48,542 nucleotides of DNA from a virus: IMG/VR virus record IMGVR_UViG_3300038545_000026, positions 1 through 48,542 of that record; one strand, given 5' to 3'. The position numbers and the translations under genes were made by a program. The notes beneath the pieces are model-generated. The model did no database searches. It was not told where the DNA came from and saw nothing but the letters and a program-made list of their open reading frames with translations. Positions 35,278 through 45,531 of the stretch are shown here, in pieces. Position 1 is the stretch's first letter. Each line of letters starts with the position of its first letter.

Positions 35278-35859
35278 ATGAAAGATAATGACATTTATAG
35301 TATATGCGAGTATATCCTTAGAGATATAGCTAATAAAGATGATGGAGATTACTATGACTTATATCCTTACTTTAAGTTAGAGAACGGAGAGATGTTATCG
35401 GATAACGGAATAGATCCAATGAGAGTAGTTAAAATACTAGATAAGTATGGACTTATAGAACCCTTATACGAAGAGCGTTGCGAATTAAATGAATTAGGAA
35501 TAACAATAGGTCAAGGAATAGGCTTCATAAAGTACAAAGAGGAAGTCGATAAAAAGAAGTCTAAAAAAGAGATTATTGATAAAAGAAAAGAGGCTAACAT
35601 AAATCACACCTACTTTATAACAAGACCCAAAAATATTATTGGAATTATACTGATTGTCTTGACGTTTATTGGTTTGGGAACATATAAAGATATAAAGGAA
35701 TATCTAAGAAGTGATAAAGAAAATGCAGAAGCCCAATCGCAAGAGTATAAGAAAGAAGAAGCGCATATATCAAATGAATTAGAAAAGAAAAAAACACAGG
35801 AATATAATAATAATATAAACGAACCCAAAAACGATTCAACCATAGCGAAAAAACACTAA
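35278..35859 (+). CDS. single-pass membrane protein (193 aa) on the opposite strand inside the late operon
   Basis: TM helix NIIGIILIVLTFIGLGTY and a K/E-rich C-terminus. Long clean ORF. Confidence 0.6.
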   Translation: MKDNDIYSICEYILRDIANKDDGDYYDLYPYFKLENGEMLSDNGIDPMRVVKILDKYGLIEPLYEERCELNELGITIGQGIGFIKYKEEVDKKKSKKEIIDKRKEANINHTYFITRPKNIIGIILIVLTFIGLGTYKDIKEYLRSDKENAEAQSQEYKKEEAHISNELEKKKTQEYNNNINEPKNDSTIAKKH

Positions 35860-35907
35860 ACCTACTCTTACGTGAATTTGACATATGAAATAATTTAATA
35901 ACGTTAT

Positions 35908-36183
35908 ATGAAAACAATAGATATTATAAAGGATTTATGTGAAAACAGAAAAAATGAATTTCTATCAAAAATAGAGCCTAACATATATATGGGGCTTGAT
36001 TTAGAAAAAACAACTAAGTCTTTAGATTATTTAAAGACAGAAATGAATAATTTCTTAGATAAATTAGGACATGATATCGATGAAATAATCAATAAATCCA
36101 ATGAAGATTATCAAACTATTCGCGAAGAAAGCTCAAAAATACTAGAAGAAACATCATTAAGTGTCTTTTCTCATTTTATGTAA
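35908..36183 (+). CDS. hypothetical protein (91 aa), opposite-strand island
   Basis: ORF track. Confidence 0.5.
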   Translation: MKTIDIIKDLCENRKNEFLSKIEPNIYMGLDLEKTTKSLDYLKTEMNNFLDKLGHDIDEIINKSNEDYQTIREESSKILEETSLSVFSHFM

Positions 36184-36402
36184 TTCTTCTATCTTTTCAT
36201 TAAGAGCTTCTAACAAATCTTTTATCTCATCTATTTTATCTATATATTTATCAATTACATGTTTATATCCCACAATAAATAACGTTTTACAACAACGTGT
36301 ATAAATAATGCTCACACACGCTGAAATTAATATATACTGTGCGTCAATATCGCATTTTCCTATTCGGAAAATCAGCTCTGTATATGCGCACAATTCATAC
36401 AC
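36157..36402 (-). CDS. questionable ORF (81 aa, GTG start)
   Basis: No ATG start. Overlaps the 3' end of 35908..36183. Confidence 0.3.
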   Translation of the reverse strand: MYELCAYTELIFRIGKCDIDAQYILISACVSIIYTRCCKTLFIVGYKHVIDKYIDKIDEIKDLLEALNEKIEELHKMRKDT

Positions 36403-36445
36403 AAAACCGTTGTAAAGATAACGATAATATTATTGTTATACAAAT

Positions 36446-36907
36446 TTAAAAATCAAACATATTTTCTTCAAGCCATTTTGCTATGTGTGGCTCAATGATA
36501 TTTTGATTAATCCAATCGTTATGTTCTTTGGTTAGTTTGAATATTTCTCCGTAGATTTCTTCAAGTAGGTTTTGTTTGAATTTGATAGTACTTATTTCAT
36601 AGGTCATTTTCTTAACATCTACAAATTCTAAGTACATATTCTCCAATGTTTCACCAGTCCAATACATATTGTAAGGAGAGCCTGGAGTTTTGGGTGTTGA
36701 TATTTTAGCTGCGTCTGCGTATATTTCTGTTACAGCAGAGTATCTGCCTATGATATCACCATCAGAATTTAAACCTTTTGATAATTGACCGAACTTAACC
36801 AAATTAACTATCTTACCTCTATTGTCTAAAATAGCTTGTTTTGCAACTTCTGGAATCTCTCTTTGAAGTTTTGATAAGTGGTCATTGAAAAGCCCTGTAA
36901 TCCTCAT
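36446..36907 (-). CDS. hypothetical tail-module protein (153 aa)
   Basis: ORF track, downstream of the major tail gene. Confidence 0.6.
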   Translation of the reverse strand: MRITGLFNDHLSKLQREIPEVAKQAILDNRGKIVNLVKFGQLSKGLNSDGDIIGRYSAVTEIYADAAKISTPKTPGSPYNMYWTGETLENMYLEFVDVKKMTYEISTIKFKQNLLEEIYGEIFKLTKEHNDWINQNIIEPHIAKWLEENMFDF

Positions 36908-36921
36908 AACTGTAAAGATAT

Positions 36922-36949
36922 AAAAAAGCCACCTAAACTAGATGGCTTT
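36922..36949 (-). terminator. intrinsic terminator after the major tail protein gene
   Basis: On the minus strand: AGCCATC-TAGTTTA-GGTGGCT (7 bp with one G.U) followed by TTTTT. Confidence 0.65.
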
Positions 36950-36973
36950 CCGAAAAACTAAATCAAAAATAAA

Positions 36974-37900
36974 CTATACTACTCTCGTAGATACTATAGC
37001 TGATTTATAAACATCATCGCCTAATACAATTCCTGCTCTGTTGTTAGAAGAATCGTAAAGTCTTGTTGTTATATCATCATTTGTTGTGTTAGCTGTTACA
37101 GTAAACGTATATGTTCCATCAGGAGATTCATTTACTGTTTGCGCTAATGTAGATCCGTTTCTTGTTAATAAGAAATCATTTGTATCTGCTCCAACAAAAG
37201 GCTTCCCGTTTTGCTTATGTTTAGCTTTTACAACTATTGTAGTAGATGTATCAGCAGGCACTGTGCTATATGATAACACTACCTCATGTATTCCATCTTC
37301 TCTCAATGGTCGGTAAGAACCTAACTGCTCATTGCTGATAAAAGTATAATCTGTATCAAATTCAGTTCTATCTGCAAACTGAAACATCAGTCCTTGCTTT
37401 GCTCCTGTGCTATCTGTCGCAAATTCATATCGATTAGCTTGTAGCATATTTAAGCTAAATCCTTTTAAAACACCCTCAGAACGTCCTGTGCCAACTACAT
37501 TATTTTCTCTATCAACAAAACACATTCTGTAAGAGCCAAATGAGCTTAAAGAGGTTAATGCTGCCTGTTGCGGAAGTCCTTTTATTATTTTTACTGCAAA
37601 TTCATAAAGACCTAAAGTCGCTACTTGCTTAGTTCCATCGTCTAACGTTTCTATAATATCCTCACTAGAGTTATCTGTAAACGTTTTAATCTTGTTTATG
37701 ATAATTAAATTACCCTCAGCTTTTAATTGCTGAACATAATCTTCATCTAAAGCTTCTGTTCCATCAAATACAAAATCATCTGGAGTTATCCATAAAGAAA
37801 CTACCTTCTTTAAATCATGGTAACACCCATTGCTTCCTGTACCTAATACGTTTGCTCCAGAACATTCAACTAAATTATATATGTTGTTTAATGCTGCCAT
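36974..37900 (-). CDS. major tail protein candidate with a C-terminal Ig-like domain
   Basis: Position, terminator downstream, C-terminal beta-rich TVPADTSTTIVVKAK...TYTFTVTANTTN segment. Confidence 0.55.
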   Translation of the reverse strand: MAALNNIYNLVECSGANVLGTGSNGCYHDLKKVVSLWITPDDFVFDGTEALDEDYVQQLKAEGNLIIINKIKTFTDNSSEDIIETLDDGTKQVATLGLYEFAVKIIKGLPQQAALTSLSSFGSYRMCFVDRENNVVGTGRSEGVLKGFSLNMLQANRYEFATDSTGAKQGLMFQFADRTEFDTDYTFISNEQLGSYRPLREDGIHEVVLSYSTVPADTSTTIVVKAKHKQNGKPFVGADTNDFLLTRNGSTLAQTVNESPDGTYTFTVTANTTNDDITTRLYDSSNNRAGIVLGDDVYKSAIVSTRVV

Positions 37901-37901
37901 C

Positions 37902-38060
37902 TTATTTTACGTATTTTTTTTGTTTGAAAAATTTATAACCTTCTTTTGTTAAATCTACTTTTTCGCCTTTTTTCTTTAATTCACCACCAATGCTCACGTT
38001 GGTTATTAACGTGTACTTTTCGGTCTTTGGTTTCTTAGGCGTTTCTGCTTTTTTTGCCAT
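37902..38060 (-). CDS. small basic protein (52 aa)
   Basis: Hand-translated MAKKAETPKKPKTEKYTLITNVSIGGELKKKGEKVDLTKEGYKFFKQKKYVK. Confidence 0.45.
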   Translation of the reverse strand: MAKKAETPKKPKTEKYTLITNVSIGGELKKKGEKVDLTKEGYKFFKQKKYVK

Positions 38061-38061
38061 C

Positions 38062-38604
38062 TTAATCACATTTATCTGTTAAGTAATAACTCAATTGTAT
38101 ATCTACTGAAAAACAATGATAAGGGTGTATGTCCGAGAATTTAATTCCTTTCGTTTCAAATCCTCTGAATACATTTCTTATGCCTTTTGTTATTCCTGTT
38201 ATGGAAAATCTCTCAAAAGCAAAGTTTCTAAGAACTTCAATGACGTCATTTTGCGCTATAACATCAGCTCTACCACTTTCTTCAGGTTTCACTCTTTCTA
38301 AATCCATCATAAAAACGACTTTCACAGGTGTGTTAAAAACAACTTCATCTTCAGTTGTGTGATTGTCGTCGTCTATGAACATATAAGAACAAGCAAAGGC
38401 GTCATTGTAATAAACGTCTTTGTATTCGTTGTTTCCAAGATACCATTCAGGTTTCAATGAGCCATTTGCGTCAATGTTTTTATAAACCCTACCGTAACCG
38501 TCTACACTACCTTCCCATTGAGCGGTCAGCTCATTATATAAGTCAGTTTGTATAGACTGTATTACAGTATCAATACCTATTGTTGTCGAAATCGTGTTGT
38601 TCAT
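38062..38604 (-). CDS. head-tail joining/tail completion protein candidate (180 aa)
   Basis: Position between the capsid and tail genes. Confidence 0.55.
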   Translation of the reverse strand: MNNTISTTIGIDTVIQSIQTDLYNELTAQWEGSVDGYGRVYKNIDANGSLKPEWYLGNNEYKDVYYNDAFACSYMFIDDDNHTTEDEVVFNTPVKVVFMMDLERVKPEESGRADVIAQNDVIEVLRNFAFERFSITGITKGIRNVFRGFETKGIKFSDIHPYHCFSVDIQLSYYLTDKCD

Positions 38605-39202
38605 CTATGTCGTATCTAAAAGATTGACCTTTTGTTATTGTTTTCAATAAATTTCTTTGACTACCAAATTTCCTTTGTAAAGATTGTATTTCAAATCTAT
38701 ACCTTGTAGCAATCCCTAAGCTGTAATTGTAGTTTGCGCCTCTAATCGCAAATTTATTAGGCGCATCTCTAAATACATCATAATTTAGCTTACCTACAAA
38801 TTCATCGCCATATCGCTCATTGCGATTAATTCTACTAGAAGTCATTATAAGCTCTGAAACCACAATGACCATTCTTAAAGAAATAGCTTTATCAAAAGCA
38901 TGAGGGTATTTACCTAGTAAATCGTCGTCAATGTAATCTCTTTCAAAAGCATCATTAAGAACTTGCTGCACAGATTGAGCTTTCAATACTTCTAAGTAGT
39001 CTTGAAAATCATCTTCTGCAATATTAACAATAGGCTGGCAATCTCTGATATTTCTTAGAGTAACCGCACTATGTTCGTCTTGAAAAAACAAACCACTTGT
39101 AGTTTCTAAGTTATCAGTGGAAAGGACAAGACCGTTTACAGTCTTGTCGTCTCTCCATCCAACTCTATTAATCAATATAGATTTAGCTTCTGAAAGTTTC
39201 AT
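38570..39202 (-). CDS. head-tail connector candidate (210 aa)
   Basis: Position directly downstream of the capsid gene. Confidence 0.55.
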   Translation of the reverse strand: MKLSEAKSILINRVGWRDDKTVNGLVLSTDNLETTSGLFFQDEHSAVTLRNIRDCQPIVNIAEDDFQDYLEVLKAQSVQQVLNDAFERDYIDDDLLGKYPHAFDKAISLRMVIVVSELIMTSSRINRNERYGDEFVGKLNYDVFRDAPNKFAIRGANYNYSLGIATRYRFEIQSLQRKFGSQRNLLKTITKGQSFRYDIDEQHDFDNNRY

Positions 39203-39205
39203 ACA

Positions 39206-40225
39206 TTATGAGTTAGCTTGTACTGTTTTGAAAATATGGCTTTCGTTCGCTACATCAGTCCATGCTCCTTCTAAAGCATAAGTTAATGCAATTTCGTACT
39301 CATCAACAACGTCTTGAACGTTACCAGCAGAAGAGCTAGTATCTTTTACAGAACTTAAAATGTGAACATCTAAGTCATATCCGAATACTGGATCCATCAT
39401 TGTAGTAAACATACCAGTATTAGAACCAGCAGAACCATGACCTCTACGGTTTAATGGCTCATTCCAAGTTGTCATTCCTACTAATCCTCTTTCAAAAGCG
39501 AATAAAGTAGAATCTGCAGCAATTGTCATTTGCGGCTCTTCAACAAATGTACATCCAGGTAATTGATACTCTGTGTTATCAGCATTTGTACGACCATTTG
39601 CAGCTAACTTACGATAATCTGCAGCAGCTCTTTGGTCACCAATAATCATAGTGTTCATTTTGTTGTACTTATTCTTTGCTTGGGCAGATTTTACGAACTC
39701 AAATAAGAAATCTTTATTTGCTAACGTATTGTCATACTTATGATTTGTTGTATCAAAAGTCATAATACTGTTTGTAGCTACTTGCGAACGGTTAGTGTTT
39801 AACCATGCAATAATATCAGTTGATAAGTCTGTGTAAAGAGAAATCAACTTGTTCTTCATCTCGTACTGTAAGATGTTATCATAAGACAAACGGTTATCGT
39901 CAGCTTGCTTGTAAGATACTTTGAAAGTCTGTGTTTTACGTAAATACGTAATAGTCTTTGTGAAAGAATCAGGGAATGCTGCTGCTGCGTGTGTTGCAGA
40001 TTTAGCTGTTCCTGAAGCTGTGTAAACACGCTTGTTTAAATCCACCTTTGTAGGCTGTCTGTCTGACTGCTTTAATTCGTTTAAGTTTCTAAACAATGCT
40101 TGCTCTCCATCAAGTAAAACTCGTGTTGCAGAATGTTGAAAATCTCTAAACTCTCCAGCGTCAATAAGGGCATTACTCGCTTTAACAATTGCGTCAAGTC
40201 TTTGAGTATCCGTTAAATTTGGCAT
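39206..40225 (-). CDS. major capsid protein candidate (339 aa)
   Basis: Size and position after the scaffold-like gene. Codon-rich, highly expressed look. Confidence 0.65.
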   Translation of the reverse strand: MPNLTDTQRLDAIVKASNALIDAGEFRDFQHSATRVLLDGEQALFRNLNELKQSDRQPTKVDLNKRVYTASGTAKSATHAAAAFPDSFTKTITYLRKTQTFKVSYKQADDNRLSYDNILQYEMKNKLISLYTDLSTDIIAWLNTNRSQVATNSIMTFDTTNHKYDNTLANKDFLFEFVKSAQAKNKYNKMNTMIIGDQRAAADYRKLAANGRTNADNTEYQLPGCTFVEEPQMTIAADSTLFAFERGLVGMTTWNEPLNRRGHGSAGSNTGMFTTMMDPVFGYDLDVHILSSVKDTSSSAGNVQDVVDEYEIALTYALEGAWTDVANESHIFKTVQANS

Positions 40226-40257
40226 TTTCTAATTGTTTTAAAATTAATATTCGGGGT

Positions 40258-41049
40258 TTAATCGTCTTTTCTGTTAACTTCTCTTAGTAGGGCGTTATAT
40301 TCTTGGCTACCTACATTTAAACCTCTTTCTTTAGCTAAAGTTTCAAACTCTTCTAAGCTACTTGGTTTTGCTCCTTGACCGTTAGCTACTGGATTACCTC
40401 CACGACCTCTAGGTGTTGGTGCTTTATCCCATCCTTTTTCTGAAATAAATCCTTTTACTGCATCTTCAATTCCTAATGGTTTCTCAACATTGTCTTTTAA
40501 CTTTTGACCGTTTTTATAGATTCCATCTTCCTTGATTTCATGTGACATAAAAAATAAGTCAACTCCTTCAGATTTGTTCAACCCTAAATGCTCTGGCATA
40601 GTAGGAAATAAACTTTCAGCTTTAAATCTAGTTTCTTTTTGTTTGTAACTAGCTTCAAGGTCGCTATACGCTTTGTCTTTATCAGAAACAACCCCTTGTA
40701 ATTTCTCAATGGACGCTTGCAGTTCTTCGACCTTTTTGTTCGGTTCAATTGATGCGTCTGCTAATACTTTATCTTTAAACGCTTTTACAAAAGCTTCTTT
40801 ATCCTTGATTCTCTCATCGAATCCAGCTAAATCACTTAAATCTTTTAGCGTCATTTCTCTTGAAGCACTAGCTCCTTCATCGTACTTTTCTTTACCTAAA
40901 TTTGTTTTGATTGTTGTAATATCCGTTTCAGTATAAAACTTAGGTAATTCTAATTTTGCATCTTCGTTTTCAGAAGATAAGGACTTTGTCAATAACTCGA
41001 CATCGAGCTTTAGCGTTGAAGCTAATTGCTCTAGGACTTTTTTATTCAT
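40258..41049 (-). CDS. scaffolding protein candidate (263 aa)
   Basis: Acidic, coiled-coil rich, between portal and capsid. Confidence 0.55.
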   Translation of the reverse strand: MNKKVLEQLASTLKLDVELLTKSLSSENEDAKLELPKFYTETDITTIKTNLGKEKYDEGASASREMTLKDLSDLAGFDERIKDKEAFVKAFKDKVLADASIEPNKKVEELQASIEKLQGVVSDKDKAYSDLEASYKQKETRFKAESLFPTMPEHLGLNKSEGVDLFFMSHEIKEDGIYKNGQKLKDNVEKPLGIEDAVKGFISEKGWDKAPTPRGRGGNPVANGQGAKPSSLEEFETLAKERGLNVGSQEYNALLREVNRKDD

Positions 41050-41051
41050 TC

Positions 41052-41378
41052 TTAATTATTTAATTTCTCTTTTAAAGTAGCAATATCCCATGCTGGAAAT
41101 GGCTTTTTGTCAAACTTTTCTTTGTACTGCTTTTGAAGTTCAGCTTTTTCATCTTTTTCTTCATCAGTAAGCTTAGTTTTTTCTTTCTTAGGTTTTTCTT
41201 CAGATAAAACATATCGTATAGCTCTTTCTTGCTTATACAAATTCATAGTTTCTGCTTGTTCTTCCGTAATCATTACGTGTTTTTGGACTTTATCTTCTTG
41301 CCCAGCTACTCTAACCATCAAAGGTTGCCATTCGTCTCTGTGAAATTCTTCCACATTATGCCTCTTCTCTTGTTCCAT
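41052..41378 (-). CDS. hypothetical K/E-rich protein (108 aa)
   Basis: ORF track. Confidence 0.55.
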   Translation of the reverse strand: MEQEKRHNVEEFHRDEWQPLMVRVAGQEDKVQKHVMITEEQAETMNLYKQERAIRYVLSEEKPKKEKTKLTDEEKDEKAELQKQYKEKFDKKPFPAWDIATLKEKLNN

Positions 41379-43059
41379 TGTTTAATTGTTTTTGATTTAT
41401 ATAATTTTCAAAGTTATTCCTTAATTCTTCTTCGCTTAACATTATTTTCTGTGCTTCGGTCAATGAATTTATCCATTGAGAGTAAAACACCTTTTTAAGC
41501 TTATCTTCACTAGAAACCCATTCCATACCAGCTAAATCTGTAACGCTAACTGTTGGAAATGGCTCAATCCTAGATAATTTCTCTAGCTTATTAAGTTCTA
41601 CTGTGTCATTTTGATATTCAGCTTCTAAATACTGTTTTCTTAGATCTAAAAGTATCATGTCTGATACAGGAAAGTTAGTAGTTTCTGTGTATTTCTTTAA
41701 AATATCATCAGGACTTTCTAAGATATACCTCATTCCGTAAGAAACAGAACTTTCGTAACTCTTATTTCCTAGAATAACACGTCCATAGCAGTCTAGCATG
41801 AACTTGTGTATCTTAGCAAATGTATCTGAAATATCCCTTAACCTATCTTGTACTGGTTGAGCATCTAAAAATCTACCAGTGGCAGTTTCTCGTTTACCAC
41901 CTTGCTCATACGTTGTTCCCCACATCGCTTGAAACATAGTGTTTCGTGTTCGCTCAATGTTATCAACGTAGAATTTAGCAGTTTCAAGGTCAGGACTTTC
42001 GTAACCCATAAGATTTGGGGCAAGTATTGGGTCACCATCCTGAGGAACTGGTATCACAGTTTCATCACTAGGATTTGTTCTTGATTTATGTCCTTCGCCA
42101 CCACAACTAGGGCAAGTAATAACTTCTGTTCTTTCTGCTGGGTCACTGTTAGGTATTAAATCTCCACCAATAGTCCCCTCTCCTTTACATCTAGTACAAG
42201 CTTGTGCATAACTCCAATATCTAGGGTATAAATGCGCTAAGTTGTGTATTGTAGTAGTAGAAACATCACGGAGCAAAGCGTCTGCATCCTCCACAACGTC
42301 ACTAATGATACTTTCAAATATATCTTCATTAGGATTTTTTTCATCTCCTAAAATCATTGCTGGCACAAAACCAAAGAAATTATCTAAGGTTTCTGATTTA
42401 ATTACCCTTATATCTGTTCCGTCATTAACGAAAATTCTATCCGTTTCCTCGTCGATAACTCTATAATATAACTTATCTTTTTCTTGTTTTAAACGGTCAG
42501 GACTTATAGCTCTGAACATTTTTTCTTCTTGCTCTGTAAGTTCTTTTTTGTAAGGAGCGAAAATTATCGAACGAACTGTGTTTCCTTTATTGTCGTAGTA
42601 GAAAATATCCTTTGTTGTTACAACGTAGGTTTCAAGCATTCCATCAGGGTCAATGTCTATAAATATAACACCATTTGGGTCAATAACATACTGCTTTCTT
42701 ACTACTTTTTTAAGGTATTTTTTAATATCTAAACCATCTGCAACCTCGCTAATACCTTGTTTTAAGGTTTCAATTTCATTTTGAGGTACGTTGTATGAAG
42801 TGTTTCCGCCCTTTGCAGTAAAAACCTTATCAATAGGTCTAAGTATAAACGAAAAAAGAGAACGATTAGACTTAACTAATTTTTCTCTTAATAGTTTTTG
42901 TGCATAAGTCTCATAATCATCTAGCGTTTCAAGAAATTTAACCACATTCAGCCCAGTGATATGCATATTTATCTTCCTTGCCTTTTTACGAGCAAGCTTC
43001 ATATCATCTGAAACACCACCTTTGATTAATGAAATTACTTCTTCATTGCTAAGAGCCAT
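41356..43059 (-). CDS. portal protein candidate (567 aa) carrying a DnaJ-type CxxCxGxG zinc-finger pair
   Basis: First large gene after terL. CTRCKGEG...CPSCGGEG at residues ~288-322. Confidence 0.65.
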   Translation of the reverse strand: MALSNEEVISLIKGGVSDDMKLARKKARKINMHITGLNVVKFLETLDDYETYAQKLLREKLVKSNRSLFSFILRPIDKVFTAKGGNTSYNVPQNEIETLKQGISEVADGLDIKKYLKKVVRKQYVIDPNGVIFIDIDPDGMLETYVVTTKDIFYYDNKGNTVRSIIFAPYKKELTEQEEKMFRAISPDRLKQEKDKLYYRVIDEETDRIFVNDGTDIRVIKSETLDNFFGFVPAMILGDEKNPNEDIFESIISDVVEDADALLRDVSTTTIHNLAHLYPRYWSYAQACTRCKGEGTIGGDLIPNSDPAERTEVITCPSCGGEGHKSRTNPSDETVIPVPQDGDPILAPNLMGYESPDLETAKFYVDNIERTRNTMFQAMWGTTYEQGGKRETATGRFLDAQPVQDRLRDISDTFAKIHKFMLDCYGRVILGNKSYESSVSYGMRYILESPDDILKKYTETTNFPVSDMILLDLRKQYLEAEYQNDTVELNKLEKLSRIEPFPTVSVTDLAGMEWVSSEDKLKKVFYSQWINSLTEAQKIMLSEEELRNNFENYINQKQLNNGTREEA

Positions 43060-43199
43060 AATAAAACAATTGTTATAGGCAAATATAATAAAAAAGATTT
43101 ATAAAATAAATAATACTTATAATTCAGTTACAACATAGTATAAAACACATTAAAACGATGTTTTACACAGGCGTTGTAAAGATAATAAAAATATTAAAA

Positions 43200-44729
43200 C
43201 TACAAAACTCCACGTTGTCTAGAACCCATAAACTTACGCTTTACGTCTTTTAAGTCAAACCATACACGCATAAACATCATGTCACGCCAATCTGGGCTTC
43301 GTCCTATATCTTGTTTTATTTCAGCTTTACTCTTGCAATCTAGCTTTCTTTCAGGGTCTTGGTCGCCTTTGGATTGTATTTGAGCAAGTTCAGCTTTGAT
43401 TTCTTCTTTTTGGTCATTGGTCAAGTCTGCCTCAATAAAAAGCCCTGCTTGATTAATCTTGTCAGCCAATAAGTACAAGCATTGCACTTGTAGGTTTTTG
43501 TAGTTAGGAGTATCTTTACCTTGTTTTACTGGTCTAGCATTGTTTCTGAAGCCTTTTATTCCTGTACCATCTTGAACACCTCCACCAACTCCATCAGCAT
43601 CAACAATACATCTAGTTTTTGGTATTTTATACTTAAATCTAAGCGTTCTAATGGCAAGCTCTATATCTGTGGTCTTTGATATATCTAGTGTTATTACTTC
43701 TTTTAATCTCCATCCACTCCAATAACCAATGACCGCTTTATCACTACCAAAACGAGCAACGTCCGCAGTAATATAACCTTTACCATCAGGAACTTGGTCA
43801 TTGTCATAGATAATATCTATCATTTCCTGTTCTGCTAATTGATAAGGGTTGTCGTCATAATCCCAATTACCTTTAAATAGACGTTCATAGGTCGGTTTGT
43901 GGTCAACTGCCTTAGCCATTAATCCATCTATATAATCTTGGTCAATGAATGGATTCTCAGTAACCATACAATCTAAATATATTCTTTGAGGTCTTTTTCT
44001 TCCGTTTGGCAATGGTATTTTATTTTCTTCATACAATGAGCCGTTCTTATGTTTATCATAAAACTTAGTCTTTGCCCAGTTCTTCTTTGGGTTGCAAGTC
44101 ATGAATAGCTTTTTCTTTAGATTGTATTTAGAATTTAAGTGCCTACCAATCCTTGTAGCTAACACGATAACAGCCATTTCATGCACTTCACCGATTTCTT
44201 CAACCCAACCTGAAGTATATTCAGTAGAACCTAAATCTTCATACATCGGATCGCTAGGCTTATATGAAACTTCTATTAAGTTGATTACACTTTGGTTTTT
44301 AAATTCTATATAATTCTTAACAGCATTGAATTTGTACATATCATTGGTTATTCCGTATTCATTGCATACTTTTTTAAATGTTTTGAAAACAGAATCTAAT
44401 AAGTCTTTTAATTGATTACGAGCAATGAACCAATTAGTATTAGGGTAAGCCAAACAGCTAAACACCTCCCAACAAACACCAGTCCACGACTTTGCACCTC
44501 CAGCAGCTCCACCATACAAAAACTCGTCGTGGTCATTGTCTGTAAGTATTTTTAAAGCTAATTCTTGTTTTTCATGCTTAGCCATTGAACCAATATCCCA
44601 ATCTCCTTCACAATTATTAGCCATACCCTCAACAATAAAGCTAAAATCTCCTTGCTTGAACATTTCTACATAAACATCTATTAGCTTTACGTTTGAGGTT
44701 AATTGCTCTATTTGTTTTTCGTCTATCAT
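43200..44729 (-). CDS. terL: terminase large subunit
   Basis: Walker A GGAAGGAKSW, ATPase-plus-nuclease two-domain size (509 aa). Confidence 0.85.
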   Translation of the reverse strand: MIDEKQIEQLTSNVKLIDVYVEMFKQGDFSFIVEGMANNCEGDWDIGSMAKHEKQELALKILTDNDHDEFLYGGAAGGAKSWTGVCWEVFSCLAYPNTNWFIARNQLKDLLDSVFKTFKKVCNEYGITNDMYKFNAVKNYIEFKNQSVINLIEVSYKPSDPMYEDLGSTEYTSGWVEEIGEVHEMAVIVLATRIGRHLNSKYNLKKKLFMTCNPKKNWAKTKFYDKHKNGSLYEENKIPLPNGRKRPQRIYLDCMVTENPFIDQDYIDGLMAKAVDHKPTYERLFKGNWDYDDNPYQLAEQEMIDIIYDNDQVPDGKGYITADVARFGSDKAVIGYWSGWRLKEVITLDISKTTDIELAIRTLRFKYKIPKTRCIVDADGVGGGVQDGTGIKGFRNNARPVKQGKDTPNYKNLQVQCLYLLADKINQAGLFIEADLTNDQKEEIKAELAQIQSKGDQDPERKLDCKSKAEIKQDIGRSPDWRDMMFMRVWFDLKDVKRKFMGSRQRGVL

Positions 44730-44738
44730 TGAGCGAGA

Positions 44739-44957
44739 TTATTCTATTGCAGTTAATTCTCCATTTTTCCCAATACCATACGCAGCTACAAAGACACGAA
44801 CCCAACTAGGAGGATTTTTCATTCCTGGTTTAGTGGCATTCTTGTATGCGCCTTGCGTTATACCAAGTATTTCGACTACTTTATCTTGGTCAATGTTTTC
44901 TTCTTTTAGTATTTCTTTATACTTTTTAAGATTTTTTTCCATATTTTCTAAATTCAT
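44739..44957 (-). CDS. small HTH protein (72 aa)
   Basis: VVEILGITQGAYKNATK helix-turn-helix-like segment. Confidence 0.5.
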   Translation of the reverse strand: MNLENMEKNLKKYKEILKEENIDQDKVVEILGITQGAYKNATKPGMKNPPSWVRVFVAAYGIGKNGELTAIE

Positions 44958-45147
44958 TTATAAATCCAAGTAGCAGTTCTTCGGTCATTGGCGACTTTCC
45001 AATACCTAGTTCCTCGCACACATTCTCAAACTCCAATACAACACATCTTCTTACGCTTGCATTGAACGGAATCTTCTTCTGCAATGGTAAAACTTTTGGA
45101 TTGTTTGGAAATGGTCGCTTGTATTTCTTTCTACGCTTCTTGGTCAT
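44926..45147 (-). CDS. hypothetical basic protein (73 aa)
   Basis: ORF track. Confidence 0.5.
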   Translation of the reverse strand: MTKKRRKKYKRPFPNNPKVLPLQKKIPFNASVRRCVVLEFENVCEELGIGKSPMTEELLLGFINEFRKYGKKS

Positions 45148-45529
45148 TGATCAGTTTTAGTTCTTTGTTTGTTAATGCGAAGTATAGGTTTTGGAGTTGA
45201 TGCACGTACTTTATATTTGCATCAAAAAAACACCATTGACCATCATTATTAATCATTGAATCAAAGCGATTATCGATAACTATAGCTGTATATGTATCAT
45301 TTGATATTTTTAATCTATATTCAGCTATAGATTTAGTAAACCCAAAATCCAAAAGCCACTTCTCGGTCAATGGTATTGGCTCTACATTCTCCAAAAACAA
45401 AGTACCTTCACCTAAGGCGTACCAATCATTTTCATTCCATTGAAATGCATCTGTATTATCATCTCTGTAGCTCCATTCATTGTTGTGCTTTACATAATTC
45501 CCTATACGTAGTTCTTGTGGTTGTATCAT
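45131..45529 (-). CDS. hypothetical protein (132 aa)
   Basis: ORF track. Confidence 0.6.
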   Translation of the reverse strand: MIQPQELRIGNYVKHNNEWSYRDDNTDAFQWNENDWYALGEGTLFLENVEPIPLTEKWLLDFGFTKSIAEYRLKISNDTYTAIVIDNRFDSMINNDGQWCFFDANIKYVHQLQNLYFALTNKELKLINDQEA

Positions 45530-45531
45530 AG

